Shown one piece after another: positions 61,907-64,000 of a stretch of 64,000 nucleotides of DNA; position 1 is the stretch's first letter; each line of letters starts with the position of its first letter. Source of the DNA: a virus; the IMG/VR virus record IMGVR_UViG_3300048930_000192, positions 32,001 to 96,000 of that record, one strand, 5' to 3'. The position numbers and the translations under genes were made by a program. Below the pieces are notes generated by a model. It did no database searches, was not told the origin of the DNA, and saw only the letters and a list, made by a program, of their open reading frames with translations.

Positions 61907-61919
61907 AAAGAGGTAAATA

Positions 61920-64000
61920 ATGTCAAACGATGAAAACGTCCCAACTGCAAGCCCAAGTCGAGAAGAAACAATCACCAATCTTGTCGAGGAGATGACAGGT
62001 GAAATGCTGCAAATCAGTAGGAAACTGGAACCCCTATACACTACAAGGGATGCCTTGTATGATCAAACCGACATCAATTTGATGGACGAATATATCTGTA
62101 GCCTAGAAGACCAAATTAGGCTTGTTCGTGACATTACCGTTAGGAAGATTTGCGCAATTGTTTGAAAGATACCTTAAACAATGGCTGGTTATTGATAGTG
62201 GTACTATTGTTTTCTATGATGGTGCCATTGTATTGTTAAATCTACATATGTATAGCCCAAGAGGCAGAATTCATGGTGGTAACGGTAGTAAATGGTATGA
62301 CGAAACCGGAATAGAGTATGGTACCTAAGAGGTCGGTTCATCTTCAATGGATTTGTTATGAAGAACCAGATGGCCGTTGGTTCTCAGACATATGGTACCT
62401 TGGAGTAATTGTTTTTTGTGTGCCAGCACGTGGTTTTGAAAGTGATGGTAGCTATGACCTTACCACTGCTGAATATGACGATACTGGGCTACTGATAACA
62501 TGACTGACAGGATAATAGGATCATCATACATTTATTACATAGAGCCGGGTGCCAGGCGGCCTGCTAGTGGGGTTATGGGATACAATGGCACCATAACATA
62601 TAGTAATCTTACTTTTTGGAATACAGGTCAATATAATTTTGGCCGCGACGTATTTTCGCCAACAGGAATAGAATTGTGAGTACCCGCATATTATATTATT
62701 TCATTTGGTGCGACGGCCAAAGTCTATGGTACACAGGCAATATAGACCGGGGTGATGACACCCATCATGAAAGCGGTAGTTACGATTTGGGGTTCAGACA
62801 TTTTGACCGAACAGGATTAATATTATGAGAACGAGGGAGATTCAACTGGATTGCATGAGAATCATACTCGGTGAATATTTCACATACTATATTATATGGT
62901 ATGATGGCGATGTAGATTTCGGCACTTATGGGCTTGCTCATCGGGGCGTTAGTTTAAATTTAAGCCCAGTTGGAGCATATACCATTGAACACTTCGTAGA
63001 TCAATCTAGGCTATGTGTTAATGCCGATGGGTCTTAATATTTTGGCAATAATAATTTTGATATATCGACTTGACTGCGACTGTCCAGATGTCTATAATTT
63101 ATGACAAGGAGATCTGCGATATGGATAAGTCATACCACGAAGTTCACGATGATGCCGATTGTATCGATGATCTGCCAGAGCTGACGGCAGAAGAAGCCAA
63201 TATCATCGAACGGCAAATCGATGGCCTCTATGAAGGTCCTGTGTTCCAACGGAAACTTGAGGCCTATTATGAAAGAGTCGGAAATCAGGATAGTTGACTA
63301 CCGCAAAATTGCCAAGCCACACATCAACATACTATATGGCGGTGATATCATTCATCGGTCAAGAGTATTCCTACATGCATCCGGCGAGTATACCACATTC
63401 GACTCATCGGCTGCGGTCACATCAGATGGAAGTGAATTAGAATGGCCAAAGAAACCGTTATAGAATACTACTGTATTGTCTTTGGCGGCCCGGGTAATAA
63501 TACATGTGTTGCATTTTATCACGGTGAGGCCAGGTGTCTATGGGGCTACTGGTTATGGGACACCGGGGCATATTATGTCAATTACAACAAAAATCGGACG
63601 CCAGTGGTATTTTACGATGAAACGGGGTTACAACAATATGAATAGGTCAATATTTGCTACCAATATAATTTTGTGGCATCCAAACGGATATCGAGATGTT
63701 AGATATAATGGCAGTGTCACCAACCAGAAATTCTGGCTGTGGGAAAATGGTTCATACTATGTTTACCGTCACCCGAATGACACACCCTGCTTTACTGTGT
63801 TTGATGCAACAGGAGTCTATATATGAATAATCCCGGAAACAAGCCTGTGCGCGTAGTTTGCCCGCGAGAAATCGTTAGGTATTATGATGGCGCTCGCGAC
63901 ATCATAAGCTATATTGGTACCATTAATACAACTGGCAATTTTCTGCTTTATAGTATCGGATCATATAATCTCTACGACCGACCCAACCCCAAAATTATGG
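61920..64000 (+). CDS. Chain of microprotein genes (61920, 62122, 62318, 62500, 62676, 62825, 63121, 63269, 63442, 63638, 63823-partial)
   Basis: Mostly overlapping stop/start junctions; most share a Y.G/G.Y/D.TG motif. Confidence 0.7.

Larger units (their letters stand above)
57569..63098 (+). promoter_or_regulatory. Six related sigma70 promoters (-35 at 57569, 58251, 59528, 60810, 61488, 63070)
   Basis: CTTGAC[AGT]-17-TA[CT]AAT with similar spacers (e.g. gtgatttgCCatacgtc). Confidence 0.88.

Noticed and set aside
1-64000. Alternative genetic code (stop-codon reassignment)
   Set aside because: Core genes are full length in the standard code and TAA, TGA and TAG all terminate genes

Overview
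A 64-kb segment of a large T4-like myophage genome. 1-21.5 kb: baseplate/tail/head-completion late genes (VrlC-like, gp8, 7, 6, 25, PAAR, 5, 27-like, 53, 48, 4, 2, 54, 26, 51, tape-measure-like) with NATAAATA late promoters. 21.5-47.6 kb: replication and nucleotide metabolism (gp32, 59, 33, UvsE, RNase H, DNA methyltransferase, PhoH, RuvC-like, intein-containing NrdJ, ThyX, primase, split gp43, dNTP pyrophosphatases, RegA, gp62/44/45). After a repeat-rich switch point at ~49.5 kb comes a GC-richer early region with many consensus sigma70 promoters. The most striking signal concerns CC/GG dinucleotides. The first early transcription unit (49791-50625, 835 bp: promoter, gene, terminator) contains no CC and no GG. 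It lies next to a CC-saturated tandem repeat, and 16 of the 20 sigma70 promoters I found carry CC at the same spacer position (-21/-20). Other oddities: repeated cassettes with an inverted-repeat-bracketed antisense promoter, a tRNA-like RNA with two T-arms, a family of about 14 divergent microproteins, a U-UUU-UUA slippery site linking gp26 to gp51, and a membrane-anchored PAS protein. All calls come from motif recognition by eye; no database searches were run.
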